DNA of 64,000 nucleotides from the human T2T-CHM13v2.0 reference genome, Homo sapiens. The position numbers were made by a program, and so were the translations under genes. Each line of letters opens with the position of its first letter. Position 1 is the first letter of the stretch. The notes beneath the pieces are model-generated. The model was not told where the DNA came from. It ran no database searches and saw only the letters and a list, made by a program, of their open reading frames with translations. This document shows positions 15,901 to 32,669 of the stretch, piece by piece. Location of the stretch: the NCBI RefSeq assembly GCF_009914755.1, contig NC_060935.1; one strand, given 5' to 3'.

Positions 15901-16950
15901 GTTTTTGGGAGGCACCAAACACCCAAACCATATCAGGATGTGAAACCATCTTTGGGGGACCATTATTCAGCCTACACAATAACAATATTCTTATTCTTAT
16001 TATTTTGTTGTCCTTATTTCATGCTTCAGTGGTTTCAGAATAAAGTTCAAACTCTTTTCCAGGACATGGCTAGCCCATTGTGATCTGACCCATGCCTATC
16101 ATTCTAATTTCAATTCTTTCTATCCCCCCACATGCATTGAACACTCCAGTAACATTGAACAACTTGTGATTTTTCCACTGCAATCTGCTGTCACTTGCTG
16201 ACCAGCCTCTTTCATACTGTTATTTCTGCACAGAATATTCTCCCCCATTTCCCCTTTTCACCATTCTTCTTCTCTTTCAGTTCTGTCTGATTTTATTGTT
16301 GTTGTTTTTAATACTTAGCCCAGGTTTTCTCCTTGGAAAACTTCTCTCCACCACTTATGATCTTGGAAAAGTTTCTTCTCTATTTTCACATCTAAAGAAT
16401 GAAAATCACAGAATAACACCTGCATTATTATGAGGCTCAAATGACATAATCCACATAAAGCACTTGGCAGACTGCCTGCCAGGTGGTAAGTGCCCACAAA
16501 AAAATTATCTGTAATTATCGTAAATATTCTTTGACCTTCCCCCATGGTGATATAAGAGCTTTCTCCTCTGTCCTCTACTAGCAACCAGAGCATAGAAGGT
16601 GGCAGGCTTTCCTGTAATTTACTGCTCATGTGTAAGTCTGTTCTGCTGTACTGACCATTCTTTGAGATCAAGAGCTCAATTGTTCATTTCCATATCTTTA
16701 GTGCCTAGCACAGGGTTTGGACATATGGCAAGTTAATACTTATTGAAGCAAAATAGGGAAATAATTATTAAGAGGACACATGCTAATTCTGTTCTCAGAA
16801 TATTTTTTAAAACATTCATTCCATTCTTATGTTCCTGCAGTACAAGTCTAAAAATATTTCATTTGTCTACCTTCTATTTAAATAAAAGTGCAGCATTAAC
16901 AAAACCTACCCTGTTGAGCCAAATTTCCTTTTGTCTTGCTTTGCTCTAGT

Positions 16951-16962
16951 CACTTCCTCTTT
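16951..16962 (-). promoter_or_regulatory. PU.1/SPI1 consensus site
   Basis: cacttcctcttt = AAAGAGGAAGTG on minus strand; second ETS core (acttcct) at about 16974. Confidence 0.35.
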
Positions 16963-18607
16963 TTTTTCTTTCTACTTCCTCCTGGTAAAGGTCATTTCTT
17001 TCTGTGTCATAATCTCACCTTTTTTTTAAAAAAATAATGTCAATGTTTTTCCCAAAATATGCATTCCCAGAAAGCTGCGTAGTCGTTACCCGTAACAAGG
17101 AAAACCCCACCCTTCCTGTCCCCCGCTGTGCTGCAGCCCTTGAAGTCTCCAGGGTATCTGTAACCTTAGCATGGAGTCAGTATGAGCTCCCTCTCCTGGC
17201 AGGTTATAGTCATGCTAAAGCTAGACACGGCTAGAGTATCCCAGTCACACATCCAGAAATGATTATAAAGCATGAGATAACCCAGGCCTTTCTGTTCCCT
17301 GAGCTCAGATTTAAGGCAGGTGTGGGGCTATCTAATTTGTTTGTAAAATCATTCGCTTGACAGGCATCACAGAGATCTGAATCCCATCCTACTGCTTGGA
17401 GGAAAGAAGCTGCACCGTTTATGAAAAGAATAAGAATTTGGATTTGTGCCCTGTTCTACCACTTATCTAGCTGGCTGCTCTTTTGTCAAATTACTAATAC
17501 CTGCAAGCCTCTGGATCTTCAACTTTAGGGTAACATTAGACCTATTTCACCTACCTTATAGGGTAGATGTAAATTTTAAAAACAATATAAAAACGGTGCT
17601 ACTTATTGGGTAATAGCTATGCTTCAGGCACTGATAGGTGCATTATCCCTATTTTGTATATGAGAAAACCACAGTTCAAGCAGTTGTCACATAGTAACTC
17701 TGTTAACACATGGAGAGCCAGGATTCATACCCAGGTCTTTCTGACTCAAAAGCCTTTCTTGATGTTTTCCCTTTAATTATACCAGACTAATGTTCCTGAA
17801 TCATGCATCTGAAAACATTTGGGGGAAAACAAAAGTAAAATTCTATACTACGAAGGTAAATTTTTATTTTATAGATGTTGAAATTGAGGCCCAGAGAAGC
17901 GCAGTAACTTTCCCTAGGAGTTGGTGGCAAATACAACTCAGTAGTTGATTAAGGACTCAATAGTATTTACCCAATAGGGCTAGCAAGTGTGCAGGCTACT
18001 CGGGTGTTAAAATGTAGCTGCACCCAGGTGAAAGGGCAATCCAATAAAGGTTTCAGGTACTTTACACTTTTTTTCACATGCTTTCCACTTCATGGTTGCA
18101 CTGGACAGCTTAGGTGATACAATCTCAATGATACTGTCCAGATCACGAAGGTTTCCTGAGTCCTTGTTGTGAAACACAGGAGACCCTCTGTGTGACTTGG
18201 TCCCAGCATCAATTTCCAGCTTCATCTCTCATTAGGTCTCCTGGGTCATCATCTAGCTCCAAACCTCCTCCTCAGTCATAATGAACTGCTTGCAGCTCCT
18301 GGAATGCATCACATGGATTTGTGCCTCAGAACCTCCATTCCTTTACCTAGAATATATTTCACCCGCTGAGCATCTACTTATTTTCCAAGACTCTGTTTAA
18401 ATGTCACTTTTTGGATACAGTCTTATTTGATCTCCTACCACCCCTCCCCACTTGAGATAGAATTAACCATTCTCTCCTTTGGGCCTCTAATATCTCCTCT
18501 TCATATTTTTAATTGGGACATATAATGTTTTTATTGCACCAATATGCAATAAAACTGGTTTGCTTGCACTTCTGTTTGTTAACACCTTAAGAATAAGGAC
18601 CATCTTG

Positions 18608-20270
<1,663 letters not shown>

Positions 20271-20399
20271 AACAATAAGGACTATCTTGTTTGTCATTGC
20301 ATCTTTAGTCTTCAGTATTCTGAGCACTTAGGGGCAGAGCATGATGACCGGCTAACCCAACAACTACACCCAACTAATCTTTTGCCTGCTTCCACTATA

Positions 20400-20785
20400 A
20401 AAGCCAGAAAAAAAAGAATCATTTTTCCCAACCTCCCTTGCAACCATTAGACACTACACACACAAAAAAGCTCTGCCCAATAACATCTGAGCAAAGATCT
20501 TAGGGAGAAGCAGACTGCTTCTAAGAGCACTTATGCAATTCTGATAAAAGGGTCAGAGTGACTGATACAAACCGTCTCCCTTTCCTTCTGTCTTGAATAC
20601 AAACATGATGCTTGAGTTGGAGTAGTGCCATCTTGCAACCATGAAGGAAAAGCCCAAAAGGCCACTGAGCCACCCAACAAATGCAGCTGCTGCATTTATG
20701 TTACATGAGAAAATTGTACCATCGCCGATTCAATCTGCTGTGTTTGTGTCATCTGTTACTTGCACCTGAGAACATTCCTAAGTAA
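20400..20785 (+). mobile_element. Old ERVL/MaLR LTR fragment
   Basis: cccaacctcccttgcaacc...gccatcttgcaaccatgaagg...tctgttacttgcacctgagaacattcctaa. Confidence 0.55.
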
Positions 20786-21664
20786 CTTATAAATTAATAA
20801 TTTTTGTCACTTAAAAACAGGTAATTTTTTTATTTCAAATATTTTCAAATGTTTAGTCCCAGAAACTTCTCCTCAAGAGGAATTTTAAACTAAGCCGAAT
20901 AAATAATGTTGATCAAAGGAGAGGTGTTCTCACTGAAGAGGAAAGGAGATTGCTGTGTGGACTACCAGCCCTTTTCTTACTCCCTTGTTTTCCCCAGTAG
21001 CTCCTGAAGCACATATTTAAAACTTCTATGGCTTCTCTGAATACTGAACTACTCTCTAACACTTGATGGGAGTGTAAACTTGAACAGCCTTTTTTGTGCA
21101 CAGTTTGGCAGTTTGAGGACAATTCCTATCATGTTGTTAAATTATGTAATCTTTGACTCAGCAATTCCATTTCTAAGAATCCAGCCACAGATATACTGGC
21201 ATTGTTGTACAGAGATATGTATATATATACAGAAGGTGGTTCATTACAGAATTGCCTAAAGGTTAAAAAAAGAAAGAAAAATTTTAAAAAACAACATAGA
21301 TGTCCAATAAGGAACTCATTAGTTACTTTATAGCACATTCATCCTCTGGCATATTCTGCACCCATTACTGACATTGAAAGGTCTCCAGGATATAGTAAAG
21401 TAATATACCTTTAACATATATTTAAAAAGTAACTCATAAAATACTATTAAAAGAAAAATCAAATGAGTACATAAAAATATACATATGTAGGTATGTTAAT
21501 GCATAGAAACATGTCTTGAATGAAGACAATGTTAACAGTGATTACTTTTGGGTAGTGGGATTGAGAGAGAGAGAGAGAACTTCAACTTTTTACTTTGTAA
21601 ACCAGTATATTGTTTCAAAAATTGGCATGTATTTATTTTTCTTAGGTAAAAAATAGAGAATAGT

Positions 21665-22683
21665 ACCTTGCCAAAGAAGATAAACTGATGATAAATAAGC
21701 ACATAAAAAGATGCTCAACATTATATGTCATCAGGGTATTGCAAATTTAAAAAACAGTGAGCTACTACCACCTATTAGAATGGCAAAAATCCAAGACACT
21801 GATAGTACCAAATGCTGGTGAGGATATGCAGAAACAAGAAAGCTCATTCATTGCTGGTGGAAATGCAAAATGGCAAAGCCACCTTGGAAGATAGCTTGGC
21901 AGTTTCTCACAAAACCAAACATGTTTTTACTATATGATCCAGCAATTATGCTTCATGGTATTTAATCAAATAAGTTGAAAACTCATGTCTACACAAAAAC
22001 CTGCACACAAATGTTTATAGCAGCGTTATTCATAATTGACAAAACTAGGAAGTAACCAAGGTGTTCTTCAGTAGGTGAACTGGTAAATAAACCATGGTAC
22101 ATTCAGAGGATGGAATGTTTTTTAGCACTAAAAAGAAATGAGCTATCAAGCATGAAAAGAGTGGCATTCTCTCTATTCTCCATGAAAAGACATAAAGGAA
22201 ACTTAAATCCATATAATTATACTAAGTGAAAGAAGACAACTGGAAATGGCTCCATACTTTATGATTCCAGCTATATGACATTCTGGAAAAGACAAAACTA
22301 CAGAGACAGTAAAAAAGATCACTGGTTGCCAGGGGTTAGCAGGAATGGAGGGATGAATAGGCAGAACACAGAGAATCTTTAGAACAGTGAAACTACTTTG
22401 TATGATATAGTGGTGGATACTTGTCATTATACATTTGTCATAACCCATCCATATACATATAGCACCAAGAGTGAAGCCTAATATAAACTATGGACTTCGG
22501 GTGGTAACAATGTGTCAATGTAGGTTCATTCATTGTAATAAATGTACCACTCTGAGGCAGAATGTTGATTGTGGGAGAGACCATGTGTGTGTTGGGGCAG
22601 AGGATACATAGGAACTCTCTGGACTTTCCACTTAATTTTGCTGTGAACCTAAAACTGCTCTAAAAAATAGTTTGTTTAAAAAA
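21665..22683 (+). mobile_element. L1MC 3' region
   Basis: gatgctcaacattatatgtcatcagg...cattcattgctggtggaaatgcaaaatgg...ttttgctgtgaacctaaaactgctctaaaaaa. Confidence 0.88.
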
Positions 22684-22716
22684 TAGAAACAACAATTCAA
22701 GACTTAGCCCAACATA

Positions 22717-23066
<350 letters not shown>

Positions 23067-26000
23067 TAGGTCCTGTGAGGGTACAGTGAAAATTAAGACA
23101 TAGTCCCTTTTCTCAAGGTGCTTGAATATAATACAGCGAAGTTTTAAAACTATACCATACTATAAAGCAGATTTTTTAAAAAGTGCTGTAAGAAAAACAC
23201 AAGTAACTGATTATGAGAGTCTAGAGAAAGGAATGAGTTCCTCTGTTCTGATTAGGGGGGATATGAGAATACTTCACTGCAGCAGAAGCATGTGAGTTGG
23301 ATCTCAAAACATAAATACATTCTTGTCAGTCAGATAGAGTGGGAAGGGAACAGGAAGAGCACTCTAGGCAGAGGGAACAGCACAAGGAGGCCTGAAAGTG
23401 TATATTATATGTGAGGAATTGTGGCTGCCTGGATGGCTATCATGTAAGATAAGTAAAGGGATACCTTGGGAAATAAAACTGGACACGAAAAGTGGGGTAA
23501 AAGCATGCAATATCCTTTATACTCCATGCTAAGCTGTTTATATTAACAAAATATAGGGAGTTAGCACAGGTAGGCCAAGTCAATCACTGGTAGATTAGAT
23601 CTGTTGTCCTGCAGCCAGGACAGGAGTTAAGAGGCATAGGCCTCTGTCCAGGGGCCTGGGCCAGGGTTCAAGAGGGATAGGTTCTGATGAGCCCACACTC
23701 TGAAGCCTGCAATGGGAGCACCAAATACTTGAACTCCTGGGCTAAAGCAATCCTTCTGCCTCAGGAGGATTATGGGGTTGCGCCAACAGCCAATTAAGGG
23801 CATCTTAGCACCTTTTGGATCTGAGCAGCTCTGGCCTCCCTGCTCAGCCCCTCTGGCTGGCAAGACCTTCTATAATTAGAAATCATGCTTTCTTATGCTT
23901 GGTGTCCCCTTTTAGGGTCATCTTCTCTAGCTAGACAGAGGAGCCTTGTGGGGATATTGGTAAGGATCCATTTTCTTCTTCCTATACCCGCTGTTCTAGG
24001 AGTTGGGTAGGAACATGTCCCTATTGACCTACCTCTCTTGAACCACCTATAATTCAACCAAGGAGTTTGTACTCTGGAACCTTCCTCATTTCTCTTGATT
24101 CTGGTTTTCTAAGCTCCTGACATTAAATTACTCTCTTATTTTTTCTCCTTGGTTTGATTTGTGTTCCTGGCTCTGATTCCCAATTATTCCAAAACATATT
24201 AGTTTAATGGTTTGGCCCTACATTAAACCTTACTGTGAACGACAGCCTTAAATGCCCCCTCAATAAGGGCTTTTTATCTAATATAGACCCTGCATCACAT
24301 CATTGCACCTAAGCTGCCTATGATCTAATCAAGGATACATGATTTTTAAACACTAAACAAAATATAAGGTTGAATAGGATTAAACTGTAAAACATCTTGC
24401 AGTTAACAAAGAAAAGGCAGTAAAATGCAGTGGGAAAGAAAATGCATTCGAGACATCTGGATTCTAGTTTTATTTGTCACTAACTGGTTGCAGGACTAAC
24501 CAAGTCTCTCAACCTCAACTATAAAATTGAAGGATTGTTCTATATGACTTCTCAGAGAACTTTAAACTCTGTGACTAGTGCTATGTGGGTAGAGAAAGGG
24601 AGGGATCTCTTTGGGTGGGATTTGTTGAGTAAGTCTTCTGGGAAAAGAGGAAAAGGGATATAAGGTGAGCTTTAAAGATGTGTGGGATTTTTTACTGGGA
24701 AGATGAAAGTGAGAGCACTTGCAGAGTTGGAGGTAAAAATGTTGGTAAAATAAGGAAGGAGGAATGAGCAGAATGGCTCACGGCACAGCAAACACCTAAC
24801 ACGCCAGCCTGAGCACAGCAGCTGGTAAGCAGTGGGAGAGGCCTGGAGGGGCAGGCTATGGTGAATGCTGTTGGACACAGGCTGAGGGGTCACAGAGGAT
24901 CTTTGTGGAGAGAAGATTAGTCTGGAAAGAGTGGGCAGGATGGAGGGGTGGGAGAATATATTGGAGAGGAGGAGAGGAGTTTATGACCATGGTCCAGTTA
25001 TGAGTTAAATACATTTGGACTAGGGTAGCTGAGATGTGAGTAGAGAAAGTGGTAAATCTGAGAGGCATTTTGAAGCAGAGATTGAATAAAGAGGAATAAG
25101 GAGGAAGTGATCTAAGTTAACTAGCAAAGCTTGAGGGGAGATTTTGTTAACAGGAAGGGGAAAGGAATTTTTTTGGGGGAGGTTTGGTCTTCTAGGGAGT
25201 TTCATTGTTTCATTCTTAGACATGAACATGTGTGAACAGTTGTACTGGGAGTCTTTTAAAATATGTACATTTTTGTAGGCAGTTAGAAATGTGAATATTA
25301 TTGTCAAAACAGATAGATGAGTTTCTAAGTGTTCACACTGAGGCAGTAGTTGAAACTGTAAAAGCAGATGCTGTGTATGAAGAAGAATATTACAAAGAGA
25401 AAGACATACAATAATTAGAAGAAAGAAATTATTACACATTTTATAATGCTTAACTATTTAGCTTTACATTTTATTTCTAACTTAAATCCAACTCTTATAG
25501 TACTCCTTTGACCTGTCCTACAAATTTATCTCTCTCAATCTTTTTTTTTGCATAAATATTAGCAATCTTTTCCTTTTCTTTGTGGGTAACTGTATTAGTA
25601 AAGACAGGTTAGCTTATACTAACACTCCAAATCTCAGTGGCTGCAAGGTATTTCTCATACACTCTACATATCTGTCACTTCCCCTCACATTTTATTGGCC
25701 AATGCAAGCCACACAGCCATATAAATCCTCAAAGGAGGTGGCAGTTTGATCCCCCAGTGTACATTAATGGGAAGAGTGGGACTATTTGTGAAAAGTTCTA
25801 ATGATAACCATAGTAACACACTTTTTTCCTTAGACCGTTATCTACAACCATGCCTCCTCCACCTTTTTATTTGTACCGTCACTAAAACGTTTTCAGTATG
25901 AACGTTTTATAAGCAGCAGTATGGTGGCATAATTCTGTGGCATAATTCCAAGTTGTTTCTGCTTCTTTGCTCTTTTCTCCTTATTTTGATGCTGTCTTCC

Positions 26001-26092
26001 TTTGGTTCCATGACAGGCTCTCTTCTTTTCTTCCTTTCCCTATTCTTAGAACTGAAGAGACTCAAGGAAATGCTACAACGGAATCAAAACAA

Positions 26093-26381
26093 TTTTATTT
26101 TATTTTTTGAGACGGAGTCTCCCTCTGTCGCCCAGGCTGGAGTGCAGTGGCGCGATCTCCGCTCACCGCAAGCTCCGCCTCCCGGGTTCACACCATTCTC
26201 CTGCCTCAGCCTCCGCAGGCGCCCGCCACCACGCCCTGCTAATTTTTTGTATTTTTTTTAGTAGAGACGGGGTTTCACCGTGTTAGCCAGGATGGTCTCC
26301 ATCTCCTGACCTCGTGATCCGCCCGCCTTGGCCGGCCTTCCAAAGTGCTGGGATTACAGGCGTGAGCCACTGCGCCCGGCC
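26093..26381 (-). mobile_element. Alu (AluY), CpG-rich, ~16-nt internal deletion
   Basis: gcaagctccgcctcccgggttcacaccattc; cagcctcc|gcaggcgcccgcc lacks cgagtagctgggacta. Confidence 0.95.
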
Positions 26382-27191
26382 TCAAAGCAATTTTTACCCC
26401 ATCTCTCCTCCCTGTGGTTGGTTCCACTTCTCTTCCTTCTTTAGCAAGAGTCATTTCTTCCCCTTTGAGTCCTGCTGCACTTCCTTCTTTTTCTCACTTC
26501 CATGTCACTCAGAGGTTAAGGCAGTTGTAGAGCAAAACAACCAGCTGACAAGCAATAGATGTTATGCAATTCACCATTTATTCTGTGCAACATTAATTAG
26601 CTGGTTGTCCTGATTTTCACAGCCTGTGCCCACCCCATACATTGTTGACTTCATTACTTCTAATAAGAATTAATCTTTTTTTCCATTTGAATCCCACAGA
26701 ATGTGGTTTGAGTCTCTAATCTGATTATTACAGTCTGCCCTTCCTCAGGGTTATTTTTGTATATGCTCCCTCACTAAATCACAACATCCTTATAAACAGT
26801 GATGTGCACATAATAGATACTCAATAATTGTTAACTCACTGATGAGTCCTAAATTTGACTAACTTGCCATTGGTTTTGGTAACATTTGGGTAAATCTTGA
26901 TTCAGCAATTGGCACTCAGACTTTTGCTCATATCTAGAAAAAAAGGAACATATATAAATAGAAAAAAATATTATCTGTTGAAGACCTTTCTATTTTTCAC
27001 CCTCCATATTAAGATTGTAGTACTATTGTTTGTTTACAATTCATACCACACCTGCTTTCTAAGAGGCTTTAAGTAGACGTATTAGGCAATATATTCACTT
27101 ATTCATTAATTCATTCATTCACTGATTTACTCAATAGTCACTTAATGAGTCCCTATCATAGGCTAGGGATAGGATAGAAAGTCTAATAAAA

Positions 27192-27546
<355 letters not shown>

Positions 27547-28063
27547 CTACTGTGCCATAAACACTGTAGCCTAAAGGAGAAGCATCTAAGTGAGATTGGA
27601 ACTTCTTGGGAGATGCGACCCCTGAAACTAGCTTTGAGGTTAAGAGGAGGAGATAGCTGGAGAATTGGGGATGGTGGAGCAAGGGTTTTTATGAGAAGGA
27701 AATGTGCCATGTGCAAAAACTGAGATGGGAAATAAAATTACATGCTCCAGAAACTGCTCAAGAAATTCAATAGGACAGATCCATAACATCCTAGTTGAGG
27801 AATGGCAGGAGACAAGCTAGTGAAATGAACATGTGTCAGATCTAAAAGCATCTTGTGTCTTAAAGTAAGGAATAGTAACATCAAAGCTATGGAACACATC
27901 GAAACTCCTCTGCCAGGCAAGTGGGGTCTCAGATGCCATTCTGGGATTATACTTACAGAAGCTGGGTGTGGTTATGGGTAGGGTAAGACACTCCCCATAA
28001 TATGCATGGAATAGAACTGAGAGGATCTGAAAGTGAGGGCCCAGGGGACAAAGCTAGGATTAA

Positions 28064-28474
<411 letters not shown>

Positions 28475-29193
28475 ACAGCTCAGTATTTTAAAGCCACCTT
28501 TTCCCTTTTTGAGCTCCTTGAGCCAGTGTCTGGATGGTAAAGGAATATTTTGAACTGATTTGGACCTAAGGCTATCCAAGTATTTTAAGCAGAAGAGTGA
28601 TAGGGCCTGTTGTTGCTCTTTTAACTCTAGACACACAGCATCTTGCTATGTCCTGTGAGCTCTACCCCATATGTGTCTGGCCCAGAGAAAGTCCTCAATA
28701 AATATTTAGTGAATGGCATGGACTTGCTACTAATTGTTAAGCACAGGAATGTTTTGTTTAGTCTATATTAGGTGAGTATAATGCTACAAGAAAACTGATT
28801 TCATAGAAACCTACAAGAATTTACTCTTCTCTTTTATTTATTGTAATAAATGTCCACTAAAATTATGTTATTTACCAGCCATCCAAATGTAAAATTAATC
28901 TTTTTTTTTAACAGTATCTCAGACATACACATTTAAAGCATACACATTAAGGAATAAGACAATAGAAAAGACACCCAAAGAAGTAGAACCAACTAAAATA
29001 TAAAAACAAAATAACAAACAGTTTACCAATAAAGTGGTATACGTTTGCGTAACATCAATACAGAAACAGTAGCTAAGATGATTGCAAAAATGGAGTTAAG
29101 CAATACAAAGCTGCTTACAAGACTTGTACGTGTAAATTCTTGATCGTAATTGAACTAATGGTGGTGAAAATAAAGTTAAAATTTCCTGCAGAT

Positions 29194-29365
<172 letters not shown>

Positions 29366-30184
29366 AAAATATTAAAAAGAAATAAAAGAGATTTCCCATG
29401 GGAAACTTCATCATTTGCCTGCCATTCTAAAGTTGGAGTGGGGGGCAGAATAGGTAAGCTTTGGGTCCAGTTTATCATGAGAGAATGCATTAAGCAAACA
29501 ACAGTTGAACAGAGTGTGGCCAGCTGGTACAATATGTCACAATGGTGCCATCATGAGACAAGGCCACGTAATTTAAAAAGCGAGGAAGGAAATACAAACT
29601 CCAAGTAAAGACCAAATTGCTAAGGGCTGCAGGGCCTCCCAGACTACTCTTCATTCACAGCATAGGCTTCAAATGTGCCTTGTGAATGTGCATATGTAAC
29701 ATCTGAATGGATGTGCATTCTAAGTTAAAGTCAACACACATTTAAATCTGTACAGTTTTAGTTATTGATATGAACTTTCAGCCTCAGATTTTAGAATGAT
29801 TTCTTCATGCTTAACAACATCACCAGATAACAAGAAGCAGCAAGCAAAAATGGCCTTTATGGTATTATAAAAAGTAAATATCTTTGTCTTATCTTTGTCC
29901 CAGATTCCTGGCACACAGCTCCCGAAACATTTTGGAATCCTGGGAATGATAAGGGTAAGACTATATTTTGCATGCTAATTAGATGTCTGGTGGCTGACGG
30001 CCCCTAGCAAGCTTCAGCATAGGGGCTGGAAGCCAAAAAGGCCAAGTCTTGATTAGAAACTTGGAACTTTCATCCCCATTCTGCTGGGGAGGGGAGAGGG
30101 GGTAGAGATTGAGTTCAATCACCAATGGTCAATGATTTAATGAATCATGTCTACTTAATGAAACTTGCATAAAAACCCATAAGC

Positions 30185-30489
30185 TGGCCGGGCGCGGTGG
30201 CTCACGCCTGTAATCCCAGCACTTTGGGAGGCCGAGGTGGGCGGATCACGAGGTCAGGAGATCGAAACCATCCTGGCTAACACGGTGAAACCCCGTCTCT
30301 ACTAAAAATACAAAAAATTAGCCGGGCGTGGTGGCAGGCGCCTGTAGTCCCAGCTACTCAGAAGGCTGAGCCAGGAGGATGGCGTGAACCCGGGAGGCGG
30401 AGCTTGCAGTGAGCCGAGATTGCGCCACTGCACTCCAACCTGGGCGACAGAGCGACACTCTTTCTCAAAAAAAAAAAAAAAAAAAAAAA
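30185..30489 (+). mobile_element. Alu (AluY) in MER21
   Basis: CpG-rich AluY; TSD aaaaacccataagc. Confidence 0.96.
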
Positions 30490-30774
30490 CCCATAAGCAA
30501 TGGAGTTCAGAGAGCTTCCCAGTTGGTTAACACATCCGCATTCTGGGAGGGTAGCACACCCCAGCTCCATGGTACAGAAGCTGTTATGCTTGGGACTTTC
30601 CTGGGCCTCGTCCCTATACCACTCATTGGCTCTTCATTTGTATCCTTTAAAATACAAATATAAGTAAAGTGCCTTCCTGAGTTCTGTTGGCCAGTCTAGG
30701 AAATCATTGAAACTTAGGAGGGGGTTATGGGGATATTTGATTTATGGCTGGTCATATAGAAGTACAGGTGATCT

Positions 30775-32669
30775 AAAATAGCATGGTACTGGCATTAAAA
30801 ACAGACATATAGACCAATAGAACAGAATGGAGAGTCCAGAAATAATTCCACACATTTATGGTCAATTGATCTTTAACAAAGGTGCCAGGAGCACACAATG
30901 AGAGAAGGGCAGACTATTCAATAAATGGTATTGGGACAATTGGATATCCACATGCAAAAGAATAAAACTGGACCCTTGTCTCACACCATATGCAAAAAAA
31001 AAAATCAACTCAAAATGGATTCAAGACTTAAACATAAGACCTGAAACTGTAGAACTACTAGAAGAAAACATAGGAAAAAAGCTTCTTGACGTTGTCCTCA
31101 ACAATAACTTTTTTTGGTTATGACCCTAAAAGCACAGGCAGCAAAAACAAAAATAGACAAACGAGAGTGCATCAAACTAAAAAGCTTCCTATAGAAAAAG
31201 AAACAATCTATGGAATACAAGCTATGTGCAGGAGAAAAAAGACAAGAAACAACCTATAGAATGAAAGAAAGTATTTGCAAGCCATATATCTGATAAGAGG
31301 TTAGTATTCAAACTATGCAGGGAATTCAAACAACTCAATAACAAGAAAACACATAACCAGATTTAAAAATGGGCAAAGGGTCGGGTGCAGTGGTTCACGT
31401 CTGTAATCCCAGCACTTTAGGAGGCCGAGGTGGGCAAATCACCTGAGATTGGGAGTTCAAGACCACCCTGACCAACATGGAGAAACCCTGTCTCTACTAA
31501 AAATACAAAATTAGCTGGGTGTGGTGGTGCACGCCTGTAATCCCAGCTACTCAGGAAGCTGAGGCAGGAGAATCTCTTGAACCCGGGAAGCAGAGGTTGC
31601 GGTGAGCTGAGATTGTGCCATTGTACTCAGCCTGGGCAACAAGAGTGAAACTCCGTCTCAAAAAAAAAAAAAAAAAAAAAAAGAGAAAAGAAAGGCAAAA
31701 GACCTGAATAGACATTTCTCAAAAGAAGACGTATGAATGGCCAACAGGTATATGAAAAAATGGTCAACATCACTAATTATCAGGAAAATGTAAGTTAAAT
31801 TAAAACCACAATGAGATATCACCTCACACATGTTCGAATAGCTATCAAAAAGACAAATGATAATACATGTTGGTGAGGATGTGGACAAAGGGGAACCCTT
31901 GTACAATGTGGGTCAGAATGTAAATTGGTACAGCCACTATGGAAAATCACGTAGAGGTTCCTCAGAAATTAATAATAGGACTACCTTATGACCCAGCAAT
32001 CCCACTTCTGGATATATATCCAAAAGAAAGGAAATCAATATATTGAAGAGATATCTGCATCCCCACAATCATTGCAGCATTATTCACAACAGCCAAGACA
32101 GAAAATCAATCTAAGTGTCCATCAATGGATGAATGGATAAAGAAAATGTTTTACACACACACACACAATGTAATATTGTTCAGCCTTTCAAAATAAGGAA
32201 GTTCTGTCATTTATGACAATCTGGGTAAACCTAAAGGATATTATGCTAAGTGAGATAAGCCAGGCACTGAAAGACTACAGATACTACAGATCTCACTTAT
32301 ATGTGGAACTCATAGAAGCAGAGAGTAAAATGGTGGTTAACAGGGCCTGGGGGTAAGGAGAAAGGAATGGGGAGATACTGTCAAAGGGTAGAGGGTTTCT
32401 AACTGTTAGGATGAATAAATTCTGGAGATCTATTGTACAGCATAGTGATGATAGTTAAGAATACTGTATTGTATTCTGGAAAATTGCTAAGACAATAGAT
32501 TTTAAATGTTCTCACTACAAAAAAGTTGTATGTGCAGTGATGGATATGTTAATTACTTTGATTTAATTATTTCACCACATATACATATATCAAAACCTCA
32601 CATTGTACACTGTAAATATATATCATTTTTATTTGCCAACTATAGCTTAATAAAGCTAGGGGAGGGTGG
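30775..32669 (+). mobile_element. 5'-truncated L1MA (ORF2 end plus 3'UTR)
   Basis: gcatggtactggcattaaaaacagacatatagaccaat...aataaagctagggg; perfect 17-bp TSD agaagtacaggtgatct 30758-30774 / 32670-32686. Confidence 0.92.
31379..31692 (+). mobile_element. Alu (AluSp-like) in L1MA
   Basis: gaccaacatggagaaacc; gggcaacaagagtgaaactcc. Confidence 0.95.
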
